Assembly (NCBI GenBank): GCA_028534125.1
Contig: CM052816.1
Span: 54,066,001-54,130,000, forward strand
Direction: 5' to 3'
DNA: 64,000 bases
From: Lama glama
Lineage: Eukaryota
Position 1 is the first letter of the stretch; the number at the start of each line of letters is the position of its first letter. Positions 12,880-25,679 of the stretch are shown piece by piece. Below the pieces are notes generated by a model. The model saw nothing but the letters and a program-made list of their open reading frames with translations, made no database searches and had not been told where the DNA came from. A program made the position numbers and the translations under genes.

Positions 12880-13030
12880 GGTGACTCGGATTTTAGTTTT
12901 AATTCTTGGACTACTTTGTAATGTGATCTTGGGTAAGCTGCTTAATTTCTCTAGGTCTCAGGTTCAACATCTGTAAAATGAAAGGGTTAGGCTAGACGAT
13001 CCCTAGGGTATTTTACAGCTCAAAAATGGA
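12880..13030. mobile_element. MIR SINE fragment
   Basis: MIR core tgtgatcttgggtaagctgcttaatttctctaggtctcag..catctgtaaaatg. Confidence 0.7.
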
Positions 13031-13664
13031 AAGGAAGAAACACATCTTAAATTCATTTTATTAATAGAGAAAATCAAACTATCAGCATAGACTGGTAATT
13101 TTATTTATTTACAAAGCTGATAATTAATATTCTGAAACTGACCCTAAAATGCTTAGTTGGATTTTCAGGTCAATAAATCTAGCACTTTAAGTTTAACTAT
13201 CAATTTCTCTTCACGTTACTGATGTATTATTCGTCTTTAGGTCTCAAAAGTTGCCATAAAATTTCTTTTTTCTTTGCAATTCATGATATAATTCATCCCA
13301 GTCTAGTGTTTCATCAATTTAACAGTTCTAATTGCCTTATTATCTGCTCTGGTGCGGTAGTAAAGCCCCTGAACATTTCATTTACCTTATCAACAAGAAA
13401 ACCCCATATATCTCAGCCTTAAGGATATTACCTCTACCTCTTGGATGAGTGGAGGCATGAAGAACGTAAGCTCTCCAGAAAGCCAATATAATCTATCACT
13501 ATTTAACTGTTTGTCAATGTTTATCCCCTTTATGCCTGTCTCAACTCATATTTAATGGGGCTTTTTATTGTTATTTTCCACTATAAAATTTTGAAGACAT
13601 TTAAATGTCACTAATTCCCTTCTAAGTTTAGCATGTCTACTGGAATGTTTCTTACTTGGAAGAC

Positions 13665-13880
13665 ACAGTAACACAGTGCAAATGCATGGGCTTTGGAGTT
13701 AGGCAGACTGGCTCCAAATCTTAGTTCTGAGCTTTGCTAGTTATATGGTCTTAAACAAGTTACTTGCCTCTCTGAGCCTGTTTTCTCATGTTAAATAGGA
13801 AGACTAACCACAACAGTGAATATAAAATAATTAGTTCCTGGCCTAATATTGCACACACAGCAAGTATTCAGTAACCGTTA
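13665..13880. mobile_element. MIR SINE
   Basis: gcatgggctttggagttaggcagactgg...aacaagttacttgcctctctgagcctg...gcacacacagcaagtattcagtaa. Confidence 0.75.
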
Positions 13881-13980
13881 CTCATGTCCTTTCCACACCA
13901 AGGGCTCTCACTTTGCTGTGATTCTGCTTGTTGACCTGACCAGTCTGAAAACAGATTTTAGTCATCAGCCACTTCTACAG

Positions 13981-14262
13981 CAGTGTTTCCAAATGGCTGG
14001 TTGCAACCCATCAATAAGGGTTGTAACCCATGACTCCTGAAATTAATTCAGTGGGTTGTGGTCAGCATTGTTTTAAGGGAAGAGAACAGAATGGAATTGG
14101 AAATACCAAAGTATATCATAAGTGGTAAAAATAGGAATATTTCATTAAACTTTTGTTTAAGTTTTGTGTATGTGTGTGTGTGTGTACGTGGACTGTGTTA
14201 TGATACAAAATAAAATCTATTTCTTACTCTAGATTGGATCAAAAAAGTTTGGATTACACTGC
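13981..14262. mobile_element. hAT-type DNA transposon relic
   Basis: Ends cagtgtttccaaa ... tttggattacactg form imperfect terminal inverted repeats. Confidence 0.55.
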
Positions 14263-14739
14263 TCTATAGAGAAGGCCAGTCATCTCTGGCTGGATCACTT
14301 CTCTTCCCTAGTCATCTTCCCCAAGGAATGTACTACTAAGACCAGCATTTCAGTATTTCAAAGTCAAGAGGCCCACCAGCATTATTTCTCTATGGAAACA
14401 GTTATATTTATAGTCTTGAGGTTATCTACATTGTTAATAAGACCAAGAAGCAGAAATGATACCCTTAAAAATACTGTTCTTAACTATTCATCAAATCATC
14501 TCATATTTTTCTTCTTTTGAAACACAGTAGCAAGTAAAAGGCTCTCTAGGGGCCTTAGGGAGCCGGGGGGTGGGGTGGGGAGGATGCTAAAGAAATTTAC
14601 AACCAGAAACTCAGTTATTCAAATAAGAATACATTAAAATCTAAAATGTATTTCGTAAGTACAACCCCTTCAATAAAATACACTGATCTTTTTGCGAGAG
14701 TATTTATTTTGTCTTTTAAAGCAGATCCAAATTAAATGG

Positions 14740-16420
14740 GAGTTGGGGAGGGCTGTCTGGGAAGACTTTCTCAAGAAAGTGGTGTCAAAGTTAGGATTAG
14801 ACAGATGAAAAAGAATTAGCAGAGCAAAGGAAAGGGAAAGAGTATATGGCAGGAGCAGCAAGGAGGGAGGCAGCATTTCAGGTACAAGAAGTACAGCACA
14901 AAAGGTTCTAAAGTGAGAAAGAGTATGGAAAGTTGGTTTGAGAATTACATAAGGCTGGTTCATTGAGTGCGGAGAAGAGCAGCAAGAGATAAAGTTAAAC
15001 AAGAGAGTAAGGGACCAGAAAATGATCTTGTAAAGTCAAAGTAAAGAATATGGATTTTTCCTGAACGTATTTGACAGACATATCAGGTGAGTGACCTAAT
15101 CAATCCTGTTAACTTTTTAAAAAAGATGACTATGACTGCAATATGGACAATGTAACAGAGAGGGCAAGGATAGGGCCAGACAGACAAGGCGAGTGTGGTC
15201 ATAAGCCCGGAGAAAGATGGTGGTGGCCTAGCCAAGGGTGGTAACTGTGGGAATGGAGGGAAGTAGATGAAGGTGAAAATCATTTTAACTATGGTGAATG
15301 ATGGATATAGGAAGATAAGGGAGCAGAAGCCAAAGGTAACTGGGCAGATGGTGGTGTGGCAGTGCCAGTGCCTGAGACAGGGAGACCAGGAGGAAGACTG
15401 TGGGAGAGGGAAAATATAGAACTAGTAACTTTAAGATCATCCTTTATTTGAGGTGCCTATGTGACATTAAAGTGGAAATGTCCAGAGATGTCCAGGCCTT
15501 GAGTTCAAGAGAAAGGTCTGAGTTAAAGATATACATGTGGGAATCAGCAACATGTGGATGTAACAGGGGTCACAGGAGTGAAGGAGGCTGCTCATTGGAG
15601 TGTTTACAAAGTGAAAAGGTAAAAAAGCCCCAGAAAACATTTGAGAGAGGGTAAGCTACACTAATGCAAGAACTACATCTATCTTTAAAAAAAAAATTGA
15701 TGTAAAATTGACATACAACATTATATTAGTTTCAGGTGTACAACATGATTCAATATTTGTATATAATACAAAATGATCATCACCATACACAGATACAAAA
15801 CTTTCTTTCTCGTGATGAGAATTTTTACATTTGTCTTATTCACCACTATATCCCTATCACTCAGTATCTGTCATATATTAGTGGCTCAATAAATCTGTTA
15901 CATAAATAACAAAGGAAGAAAGAACCAAAAACAAGACTGAGGAGAGGCAAAAAGTTAGAAGGGAAATCAGAGGATTGCAATATCACTGTAGCCAAGGAAA
16001 CAGTATAGTATAGAAAGCTTATCAAGGAGGGGAAAGTAATTCTGTCAACAGCCACTAGTAAGTCAAGAGGAAGACGGTTAGATATTATAAATGACCTTTG
16101 TTTCACTGCTGATGAACTCTTTTGACAAGTTTGGCTCCTTGGGAGGGAAATGAGATAATGATTTTTTGCTGTTGATTCTTTAAGATACTAGTGACTACAG
16201 CATGCCTGAATACTGCTGGGAATAAATTGGTAAAGAGATTAAAGGCATAGAAAAAAGAAGAGACTAACACACCATAGCAAGGGGATGGGATTCAGGTAGA
16301 ATGCTGACTTTCAGTAAGAGGCTCAGATCTTTGATTCTAAGAGGAAATAATGAAGAAAGTAAGGGTGCAGATGCACTTAAGTCTGTAGGTTTGATGGCGC
16401 TTAGGACACATATGATGAGC
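14740..16420. mobile_element. Degraded L2 fragments (short L1 3' piece near 15690-15830)
   Basis: Purine-rich L2-like text (gaggtgcctatgtgacattaaagtggaaatgtccag, gagttcaagagaaaggtctgag). Confidence 0.6.
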
Positions 16421-17696
16421 AAGTGATTCTGCCATTAGCCAGGGAAAACTTTAAGAAAGAAGTAATGATTAAGAGGAGACCTAAAAATTGAGGACTAGTA
16501 TTATTCAGAGCAGTATGTTGGAGAATGTTCTAGTTATAGGAAACTGCATATTTAGAAATGGCCTGAAGGGAGATTTTAAATTAAATAATTGATATATTTA
16601 CCAAGTCCAGGAACAAAGAGCAGGGAAATTAGCTTGAACCTGGATTTAGCCCTCAGCTAAATTTCATTTACTCCTCAGACTGATGTTGATACAGTTCAGA
16701 GAATAGTTTCTACCCTGAGAAGCTACTCTAGTTATCCCAATCAGAGGACTCTAACAATTAAGGATTAGAGTATTTGAAGAACTGTGAGCACTGATTCATC
16801 AGCCAGTCATTTATCTATGAATCAAATACTTCTTCAATAACTACTAATTTCAAGGCACCATCCTGGATTCTGGAGAATGCAAAGAGAATAAGCGTGTTTG
16901 TCACTCTCAAGGAGCTTAGTCCCTTCATAGGTGGAATAAGAGAAATGTTATCTGAGGCCCAGAGCCTAAAGCAAATATTTACTCATTCTTTCTACCCCCT
17001 ACTCCCTGCCTTTTGGTTATCTTATGTCTCTTCCCTCTACATTTATCTCTCTCATTTATCCCTCCCCTTCTTCTCCCTACCTTACTGGTCATAAAATAAC
17101 AGTGCAGAAAAAATTTAATATTTATTCAATCTCAACGTAGCTGTTCCGTTCTTTTTTTTTTGTCTGTGTGTGTGATATAACTCCAGTATATGAATTAACC
17201 ACAAACAAACAAAAACCCACTTTGTTTCTCTGAGGAAAAAGACTCAGAAAAGAAAGTCAACTGCTATTGGTAGTGATAACAGTAAGTAAAGGAAACTAAG
17301 AAAATTATCCTGTTTACAAATGTGGGGTATCTGAAGAGATCTCAGAACATAGCCCTCAACAAAACATAAATTGTCTATTGTATTTTCCCCCACTTCCATG
17401 CCACTGTCTATCAACATGACAAACAGCCAGAAAATTAATTGGTCTGAAGATCTGGAATAACTATCAGAGATCTTAAAGATCTGGTAATCAACTACAGAAC
17501 TAAGGTATTTTATCACACCATTAGACTCAAAAGACTGGCTAAGAGAAATAAATGCCATGCCAGAGTCTAAAGTTGTCGCCTTACTAAAAGACAGCATATA
17601 ATGGCTAGAGGCATGGACTAAGACACCTAAACCCTAGATTGCAGAACCTATTTTGCTGCTTAATACCTGTGTGCTCTTTTGAAAGTCACTTAATTT

Positions 17697-18135
17697 GTGT
17701 TAGCCAGGTCCTTGGAGAAGCAGACACTAAGATGGGACCAAATTTGCAAGGATTTTATCAGTGCAAATACCCATAAGAGATAAAATGGGAAGCGAGTTGG
17801 AGAAGGCTGGGAGAGTTTACCAGACCATGATGCAAGTCTGACTCTGAATGAAGGAGACAGTGAGGAAAGGTTAGGAGGAAGCATTGTAGACTGCCACGCA
17901 GTTTTAGGGAGGTTTGGCAAGGCCAATGGAGAGTCCTCAGGCCAAAGTCAGCTGTTTCCAGAATCCCATGACTTCCAGCAAGAGGCCTGTCTGCCACTGG
18001 CTGTCAGCAACTCATGGTAAGCGATGCTTTGGGAAAAATGTAGTAACATATTTCACAGTTCAGTGGCTGGGGCCCTCGGTTAATTATACTCCCTACCTAT
18101 GGAAGTCTTCAAGTTCCAATCTCATGACCACCACA
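17697..18135. mobile_element. MaLR LTR (MLT1-like)
   Basis: Starts tgtgttagccaggtccttggagaagcagacactaagatgg and ends ..accaccaca. Confidence 0.65.
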
Positions 18136-18588
18136 ACTTCTTCTAAGAGTCTTGACATCTATAAAATTCTCTCTTTTTGTCCTTCTTACTAGGTTTAGTG
18201 ACATAAAAGGGCATGGGAACAGCAATATTGATAGTGAGCTTTCACCATGTGCCATACATTAGCTAAGCATTTCATGTGTGTGTCATTTACCCTCACAATT
18301 CTTATGTGAAGTAGTTGTAATGAGCCCCATTCCTTAATTTTCCCAAAGATAAACAGCTAGGAAGTGGTAGAGCCAGGATGAAAGCACCTGTTGAATAAAA
18401 CCAGTGCACTGACTATACTTTGACAGATTTATAAAAATGATGTGACTGTGTGAGGTCATGGGATACAAAAAGATAAATAACACTTTGTTTTCTAGGAGCT
18501 TGTGATGTCAGAGGAAGACAAAGGTCATGTCTTTAAGGGCAGAATGCTTCATGAAACCAGACAAATTTATGATAAATTGCCTCTGGGA

Positions 18589-18842
18589 CAGAGTTTCAAC
18601 CTTGACATTTTGGACATTTTGGCCTTTGCTGGGGACCAGGGAATACTACCCTTTGTATTGTAGGGTGTTTAGCAGTAAGCCTGGCCTCTACTAACTAGAT
18701 GTCAGTTGTATACCCTCCCTCTCCACCTCTGTCCGCAACATACACATGCACACACACACGTGTGACAACCAAAATTGTCTCTTGACAATGTCAAATGCTC
18801 CACTGATGGGTAGGCAATAAAACTCCTTGTTGAGAACCACTG
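18589..18842. mobile_element. MER20 (hAT-Charlie MITE)
   Basis: cagagtttcaaccttgacattttggacattttgg ... gtgacaaccaaaattgtctc ... gttgagaaccactg. Confidence 0.8.
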
Positions 18843-20855
18843 CTCTAGAAGTAGAGAAGCCTTCTGTTTTCACTTTAAAAAATTATCAAAGCCCCAATTT
18901 TTGGTAGAGTCTTAATTTATTCAAATCACATGTATCATAACATTATTTAATCCAGTCAATATATTCTTTATTTACTTACATCATGTGATCAGCTTCTTCA
19001 AGATAAAACTGTTTTGAAAACCAAGTCGAATCTCTGTTTGCTTTATATTTGGAACTATTATGAAACATGTAACATAAAACATCAAAGAACTATTCACTAA
19101 TCTCTTCTCTAACGAAGTTCTACTAAAAGCAATGCATCTAAACAAAAATTTAAATTACTATTCTAAATTATGGGGAGTCAGTATTAAAGTTTACTTACAA
19201 CATTTTAAAGAAAAGTACATTTAAAAAAATCCTTTCTCCTCATAGATAAATACAAGTACTTACAGGTCAAGCCTTTGAGAATCAGATTTATTTCTGGAAA
19301 ACAACCAATTATCTATAATATTTATAATTTCATAGATTTAATACTACTGGGAATTTTCTCAAAAGAAAATCTGGCCTTATTTTTAAAAATCTTAGAATGA
19401 TCACTTTCACTATATATAATATTCTCTTTGTCAGCAAAAAAATGTATCAGTATTTATTCCTCCCATATAACTTCTATAAAACTTTGGTTATAGTTATCAA
19501 AATGTAAGGCACCTATATACTTCAATCAAAAAAAAAACATATATATATACAAAAAAACTTTAAAAAAAAGGTAAGGCAAAATTATTTCCTGTTACATTAA
19601 GAATTCTTAAAGACTGCATGGAACCTAGACTTTCAGAGCAGTTAGCATTTCTCAAAAGTATTCAGGAAAATGCACTGAGCTATAAGGGTCAAATATAGCA
19701 AATGGTTATTAGAGTTCACTACAGTATTAAAAGCTTAGAAAATGAATATAAAAGTGTTAGTCTTTCTTTAAAAGGCTAAAGTCTATTAACAGCTTAAAAC
19801 AGGGCACAGTAGGGGGTTAATACGTTGTTGTCTGAATCACTTTCATCAGTTTAAGTACCTATTAGTCCTTATTAGCAATGTGCTAGCAAGGTGCTATTGG
19901 TCTTTTAAAGTCTATTCTGCTTTTTCTTGGTCTATTTGCCTAGATTCTTTGGCAATAGTATTTGAAATACAAAGTTTAGATTTGTATTTTTCTTTAGAAT
20001 TTAAAATTTTAGATTTGTATTTTAAAAATGTTTTCTCATTTTAGGACTCTGTTCAAAGTAATTTAAATTGTTCAGCACATCTTTCTATCTAACCTGTTAT
20101 CTTACAATTTTCAACAATATGAAAGTACTCTCCAAAATTTCTCTTAAGGAGAGAAATCAAGATGAACCTTTTCAGAAACTGAAGCAATTCACGTGCTCTC
20201 CTAAGTAAGAACACTAGTGCAGAAATGAATACAAAACACATATTCACAAAGTAAAACTGGCCTGTTAAACCAACTTAGTTCTAGCATAACCAATGGTTGG
20301 TTATTCTTTGGATATCATAAATTTATTGTTTAAAAACTAAAATTCAAATACTGAAACTGAGAAATAACTTATGGTAAAAGTTTACTGAACCTAGTTTCAA
20401 GGACCAAACTTTGAATAAAATCTATCTTAAAATATTTTTTGTAACAGTTTAAAACAGAAGTCATTTTGAGGAATTCACCTTTGTGCAATGACATAATGTA
20501 ATGCAGTAATTTTAGAAAGTTTTCCCGTTCTAGCTCTATCAGTAATTAGCTGGGTAATCTGGAGCAAATTATCTCCCTCTCTTGTTTGTTTTTGTGAATG
20601 GAGTGGGAGTGATGGGATGGGGTGATGATGGGAACTGGGAGACAGAGAATCTCTAAGCCATGCTTCATCAGCTCTACAATTTAGTGTTTGAAAGGAAAAG
20701 ATTTCCTCCTTTTAAAGGACTATAATCAGAAGTGAAATTAATTTAAACTGTTTAGCACACCTGTACACCTCATCTGTTTTTATCTTGTCATTGTCAACGA
20801 TGGGGAAAGTACCTTCCTAAAAAACCTAAACATACTTGGGCATTTCTACTTATAT

Positions 20856-21602
20856 TGTTGGAGTTCAGAACAAGTCTCTGCAAAATGTGCCACCTTAGCA
20901 TGTGGATTATTTTGAGGTAAAAGGCAACAGAGACCCTTTGGGCTCAAGAGAAACTTCTGTCCCTCCCTTAACTACCAAAAAGAACTTAAATTGGAGGTCT
21001 TTCCCAGAATGAGAATTATTAGCAGAAATAAATTTTATCTGAGTGACCTATCTATATAGCAGGGCAAACATCTAACTGCCAAACACTTGCTCTTCTTATT
21101 GTCCTATGAGATGCCCTTCCCTGCTTTGATGCTGCCGGCCCCTTTCCACACCTTAGCTCAGGATAGCATATAGACAGTTGATCTTTGTGTAAACCAAGTT
21201 TGAAGACAAGTCACTTATACACAGATTTTTTTCAATAAATATACCTGTATGTACCAGTTCCACATCCACAGATTCAACCATCTGTGGATTCTGTACTACA
21301 TTTACGATCTTCAGTTGGTGGAATCCACAGATGAGGAATCTGCAGATACGGAGGGCTGACTAAAACTTGAACATTCAAGGATTTTGGTACCTGCAATGAG
21401 TCCTAGTAGTAATCCCCAGTGGATACTGAGTGACAACTGTACCTCATTTTACTCTTTTGTCTCTGAACCTCTCAAGTATGTGGGGTTCCTGCATATACAA
21501 AATTAAATTTGATTTTCTCCTGTTAATCTGTCATGTCAATTTGATTATCAGACCAGTCTAAAGAACCTTTGAAGAGTAGAGAAAAATTTTTCCTCCCCAA
21601 CA
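20856..21602 (+). mobile_element. ERV1 5' LTR (MER34-like) carrying a Tigger insertion
   Basis: TG...CA ends, homologous to 8834-9312, followed by PBS-like tttttggcgagccagcaagga. Confidence 0.88.
21175..21439. mobile_element. Tigger2/MER2-family MITE inside the 5' LTR
   Basis: Ends cagttg...caactg, TA on the right flank; absent from the homologous tata site of the other LTR. Confidence 0.8.
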
Positions 21603-22658
21603 TTTTTGGCGAGCCAGCAAGGAGACCTCACCAGCTGGGCACTGCTCACCCCTAAGCTCCTTTGGTAGAAAGATTTCGTGAACTCCAATAAGAGCCAGCA
21701 AAAGAATTCTTACCACAACAGATGCTTGGATCTCTACCTGCCAAGTCTGGTGGAAGCATAATGGTGATGAGAGTCTTGATTTTTCCTTTTCTAAACTTAG
21801 ATTAGCAGGAGAAAACAAATGTGGAACTAGTTCCTTGGGCTTAGCAACTCTTAGTTATTTGGTATGAGTACTCATGGGTTTTGTTGATCCTTTCCTTCCC
21901 AGAAGTGGTTACTGTTTTCTTGTTCTATGTCTTGTCTTAATAGATTGGGTTTATGACTAGTGAAAATATTCTCTTTGGTCTCCACCACCCAAAAGGTGTG
22001 CTTATCAGGGAGCAATTGGTGGCTAGTTGAATAGACTAGGGTTCAGAGAATCTCCCTGTACTGGCCATGCCAGTTCTCAAAGGAGTTTGTTCCAGTCCAT
22101 AAAGGGCCTTTGCCACCTCAACATTTGTGGATTTCAAACAAAGACTACTTTTTAGACTATTTTTAGAAGTTAAATTTCTGAATCTTGTAAGTGCTACATC
22201 TTTTTGCACTTTGTTGCGGGACACCTCTTTCATCTTTGGTTAAGCCATGCTAAGAAGGCTTATTGGTTTGAGTCACTATTGAGATTTAATTGGCTCTATC
22301 TGAAAGAAAAAAAATTTTTTTACAGCTTTTATCCTAAACAATCACCTTACTGAAAGACAAAGTGGATCCAAAGAAGTATACTGGCTAGCCTTAGGAACTC
22401 CTTTAACAAAAGGATAGAAATTAAACTCCACATCCAACATAAATTACCCTTTCTTAAAATTCAAAGTGTTAAGTGCACCTTCTGGCACATCTGCTTATTT
22501 TATGTCTAAGAACTGCAGTGTTGGAAGCTGTAGACATCTTACACATCTTTTTTATTTTTTAAAGGCCAAAATCTTACTAAATTTGTTTTGTGTTCTGAAA
22601 CTTGGTTTGGTGACCATCAGGTTGAGGACTCCAAAACATGGCTGGACAGAAATGTGGA
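21603..22658 (+). mobile_element. ERV1 internal region, 5' portion (PBS/leader), cut by gap
   Basis: Directly follows the 5' LTR; PBS-like tggcgagccagc. Confidence 0.75.
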
Positions 22659-23158
22659 NNNNNNNNNNNNNNNNNNNNNNNNNNNNNNNNNNNNNNNNNN
22701 NNNNNNNNNNNNNNNNNNNNNNNNNNNNNNNNNNNNNNNNNNNNNNNNNNNNNNNNNNNNNNNNNNNNNNNNNNNNNNNNNNNNNNNNNNNNNNNNNNNN
22801 NNNNNNNNNNNNNNNNNNNNNNNNNNNNNNNNNNNNNNNNNNNNNNNNNNNNNNNNNNNNNNNNNNNNNNNNNNNNNNNNNNNNNNNNNNNNNNNNNNNN
22901 NNNNNNNNNNNNNNNNNNNNNNNNNNNNNNNNNNNNNNNNNNNNNNNNNNNNNNNNNNNNNNNNNNNNNNNNNNNNNNNNNNNNNNNNNNNNNNNNNNNN
23001 NNNNNNNNNNNNNNNNNNNNNNNNNNNNNNNNNNNNNNNNNNNNNNNNNNNNNNNNNNNNNNNNNNNNNNNNNNNNNNNNNNNNNNNNNNNNNNNNNNNN
23101 NNNNNNNNNNNNNNNNNNNNNNNNNNNNNNNNNNNNNNNNNNNNNNNNNNNNNNNNNN
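22659..23158. other. Scaffold gap (500 N)
   Basis: Second run of 500 N. Confidence 0.99.
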
Positions 23159-23549
23159 GAGGTGATACCTCATTGTAATTTTGATTTGCATTTCTCTGAT
23201 AATTAGTGATATTGAGCATCTTTTCATGTGCCTATTGATCATTTGTATGTCTTCCTTGGAGAATTGCTTGTTTAGGTCTTCTGCCCATTTTTGGATTGGG
23301 TTGTTTTTTTCTTTTAAGTCGTATGAGCTGCTTATATATTCTGGAGATCAAGCCTTTGTCGGTTTCATTTGCAAAAATTTTCTCCCATTTCTTAGGTTGT
23401 TTTACTTATGGTTTCCTTTGCTCTGCAGAAGCTTGTAAGTTTCATTAAGTCCCATTTGTTTATTCTTTCTTTTATTTCTATTGTTTGAGTAGACTGTTCT
23501 AGGAGAACATTTTTGAGATGTATGTCAGATAATGTTTTGCCTGTATTTT
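23159..23549 (-). mobile_element. Young L1, 5'-truncated end (copy B), cut by gap
   Basis: Minus strand encodes ORF2 [21 protein letters not shown]; bounded by tagaagacagactttt (23550-23565). Confidence 0.9.
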
Positions 23550-25679
23550 TAGAAGACAGACTTTTGATAGATTCCTTAGCAATATGAGCTTCTGCATATT
23601 TATGTCAGAAACTTCAGGAGTGGCTGTAACTTTTGGTTTAAACAGACAGGAAAACGATTCAAATATAAACTCCATCTTCCTTTAGAAAACTTTTTGGGAT
23701 GTTATTGTCACATATTTCCAAAAATCCTTTCTAGGTTCCAGAAACCATATATACTTATACCTTTAGTTTAAGCAGGCACAGCAAAATTCCATTGTTTTGG
23801 TTATAAAATGTTTGATATCTAATATCCATCATCTATATGATTTTTAATGTGGTTACACAGGATAAATATTGAGATACTACTGTGCAAGTGGCTCAACTGT
23901 AAAGCATTATGTAGATGTGTATTATCATCAAGATACCACTATTTGGGTCATAGTTATTTAGGTAAGAAATCACTTTAAAATTCTGCTGGGTGAGTTGAGG
24001 AAGGCTTCCTGCAAGAAATGACATTTGAGGTAGACCTTGAATGAGTAGTCAAGGTGAGAAGGTGAGGCTTGGGAAGAGGAGTTAATGTTCTTTTAACAAA
24101 AGAAATAAGATAGCAATCTCCAGAGTGCATTTAGGAAATGAATAGGGCATATTTGGGCATTTTGTTAACATTATGATAGTTGTGTAAAAAGCATAGGGTA
24201 TATAATGTGAAGTATAGCTGGGGGTCTTTAATGTCCTTCTGAGAAATTTGGAATTCTGTAGACATTTTTTCTGTTTATTGGTTTATCTGAGGAAAGCAAG
24301 GCAGTTCTGGTGACAGTTTGAAGGTTGCATTGTGAAGGTAAAGAAAACAGCTGTTTCCTAGTGTTTCATACTTTTTTTTTCCCCTAGTTAGATTTTTAAC
24401 TTAGAATCAACTTGATCTCTGATGGACTGTGTCTAGTTAAGTGCTACATAGTAATGGTTGCACAGTGTTTATTTAATATGGGTGGATTTCTGCTTTGGCA
24501 ATTTCTTTTAAGTAGAGGTAATCCTGTTTTATGTTGTGTTGTTTTTAATGCAAACCTATGAGTAGGGCAAAAAAACCTGGGCTTCTTATGTTTACCAACA
24601 GCTAATGACACCATTTAGAATGTATATAAAGTATGTACAAAATAATGAAGAGTAAACAATAAGCATGTGGGTATGTGAAGGACAAATTAAGCCAAATAAA
24701 CTTGTTATGTTTGCTTCTTATGGTGTTTGCTTATTGCTTCTTACTGTGTTTGCTTCTTAATAGACTAGAATTACAAAACTAATATTCAATAGAAGGAAAG
24801 CTAATATCTAATTTTCACTAGAATGATTAACACTATTTTAGGAACACTAAAATAAATTATCATTAGTTGTAAACGTGGACTAAAGACTAGCAATTGGATC
24901 GTGCCAAAGGTAATGATGGCCTCATATTTCTGAATTGGTGGTGGTGGTCTGCATGGTGCTATAGGTGTTATATTAAATACAGTTTTATTTAAATCTTATT
25001 AATTAACTGGAAGAAGGCATGCAAGAAAATCCACAAAAGGTGTGAAATTTTGATTGTAATTAAAACAGAGAACTGAAAAGAATTAGAGTGATGAGGCATG
25101 CCTAGGTAGACAATGAAATTTCCTTTGAGAAGTTAATTCCCTTGAGAGGAAAATGGGACAAATTTAATACATTAAAAATGTTTTGTTTTTAATTTGGCAT
25201 TTGCCAATGAGTAGAAATTGAGTGACTTAGTTAGAAGTGTGCCTTTTCATTTGTGATCCTTTGTATCCAGGATGTCAGTAATCCAAAATCTTTTATAATA
25301 TGTAAAACTTAGATATATGATTTCATAGCATATAGATACACATTTGTTCATGGAGAAAAATTTTAAGACTAAGAGAAACTTACAACAGGAAGCTTGTAGT
25401 CACTTTTTGTGGAGAAGCTTTCGTTCTAGAAAATGTTTTTAGAAATGTCCGAAATCACTACTTGGGGAGACATGTTTATTTTTTCTTTAAAGAGAAAATA
25501 TTATAAGTAGTTTCCTCATCTGTCAGTAATGCCTACCCTGAATATTAAATTAATGAGACTCTACCAAGAAATTGCCTCTAGAAGTTTGTCCTCCAAAAAA
25601 AAAAAGTTAACTTTTTCACTTTACTATTAAATTAAGACTATATTTTGAGAAAAGTGCCTTCTTAATCCACATAAACCTT

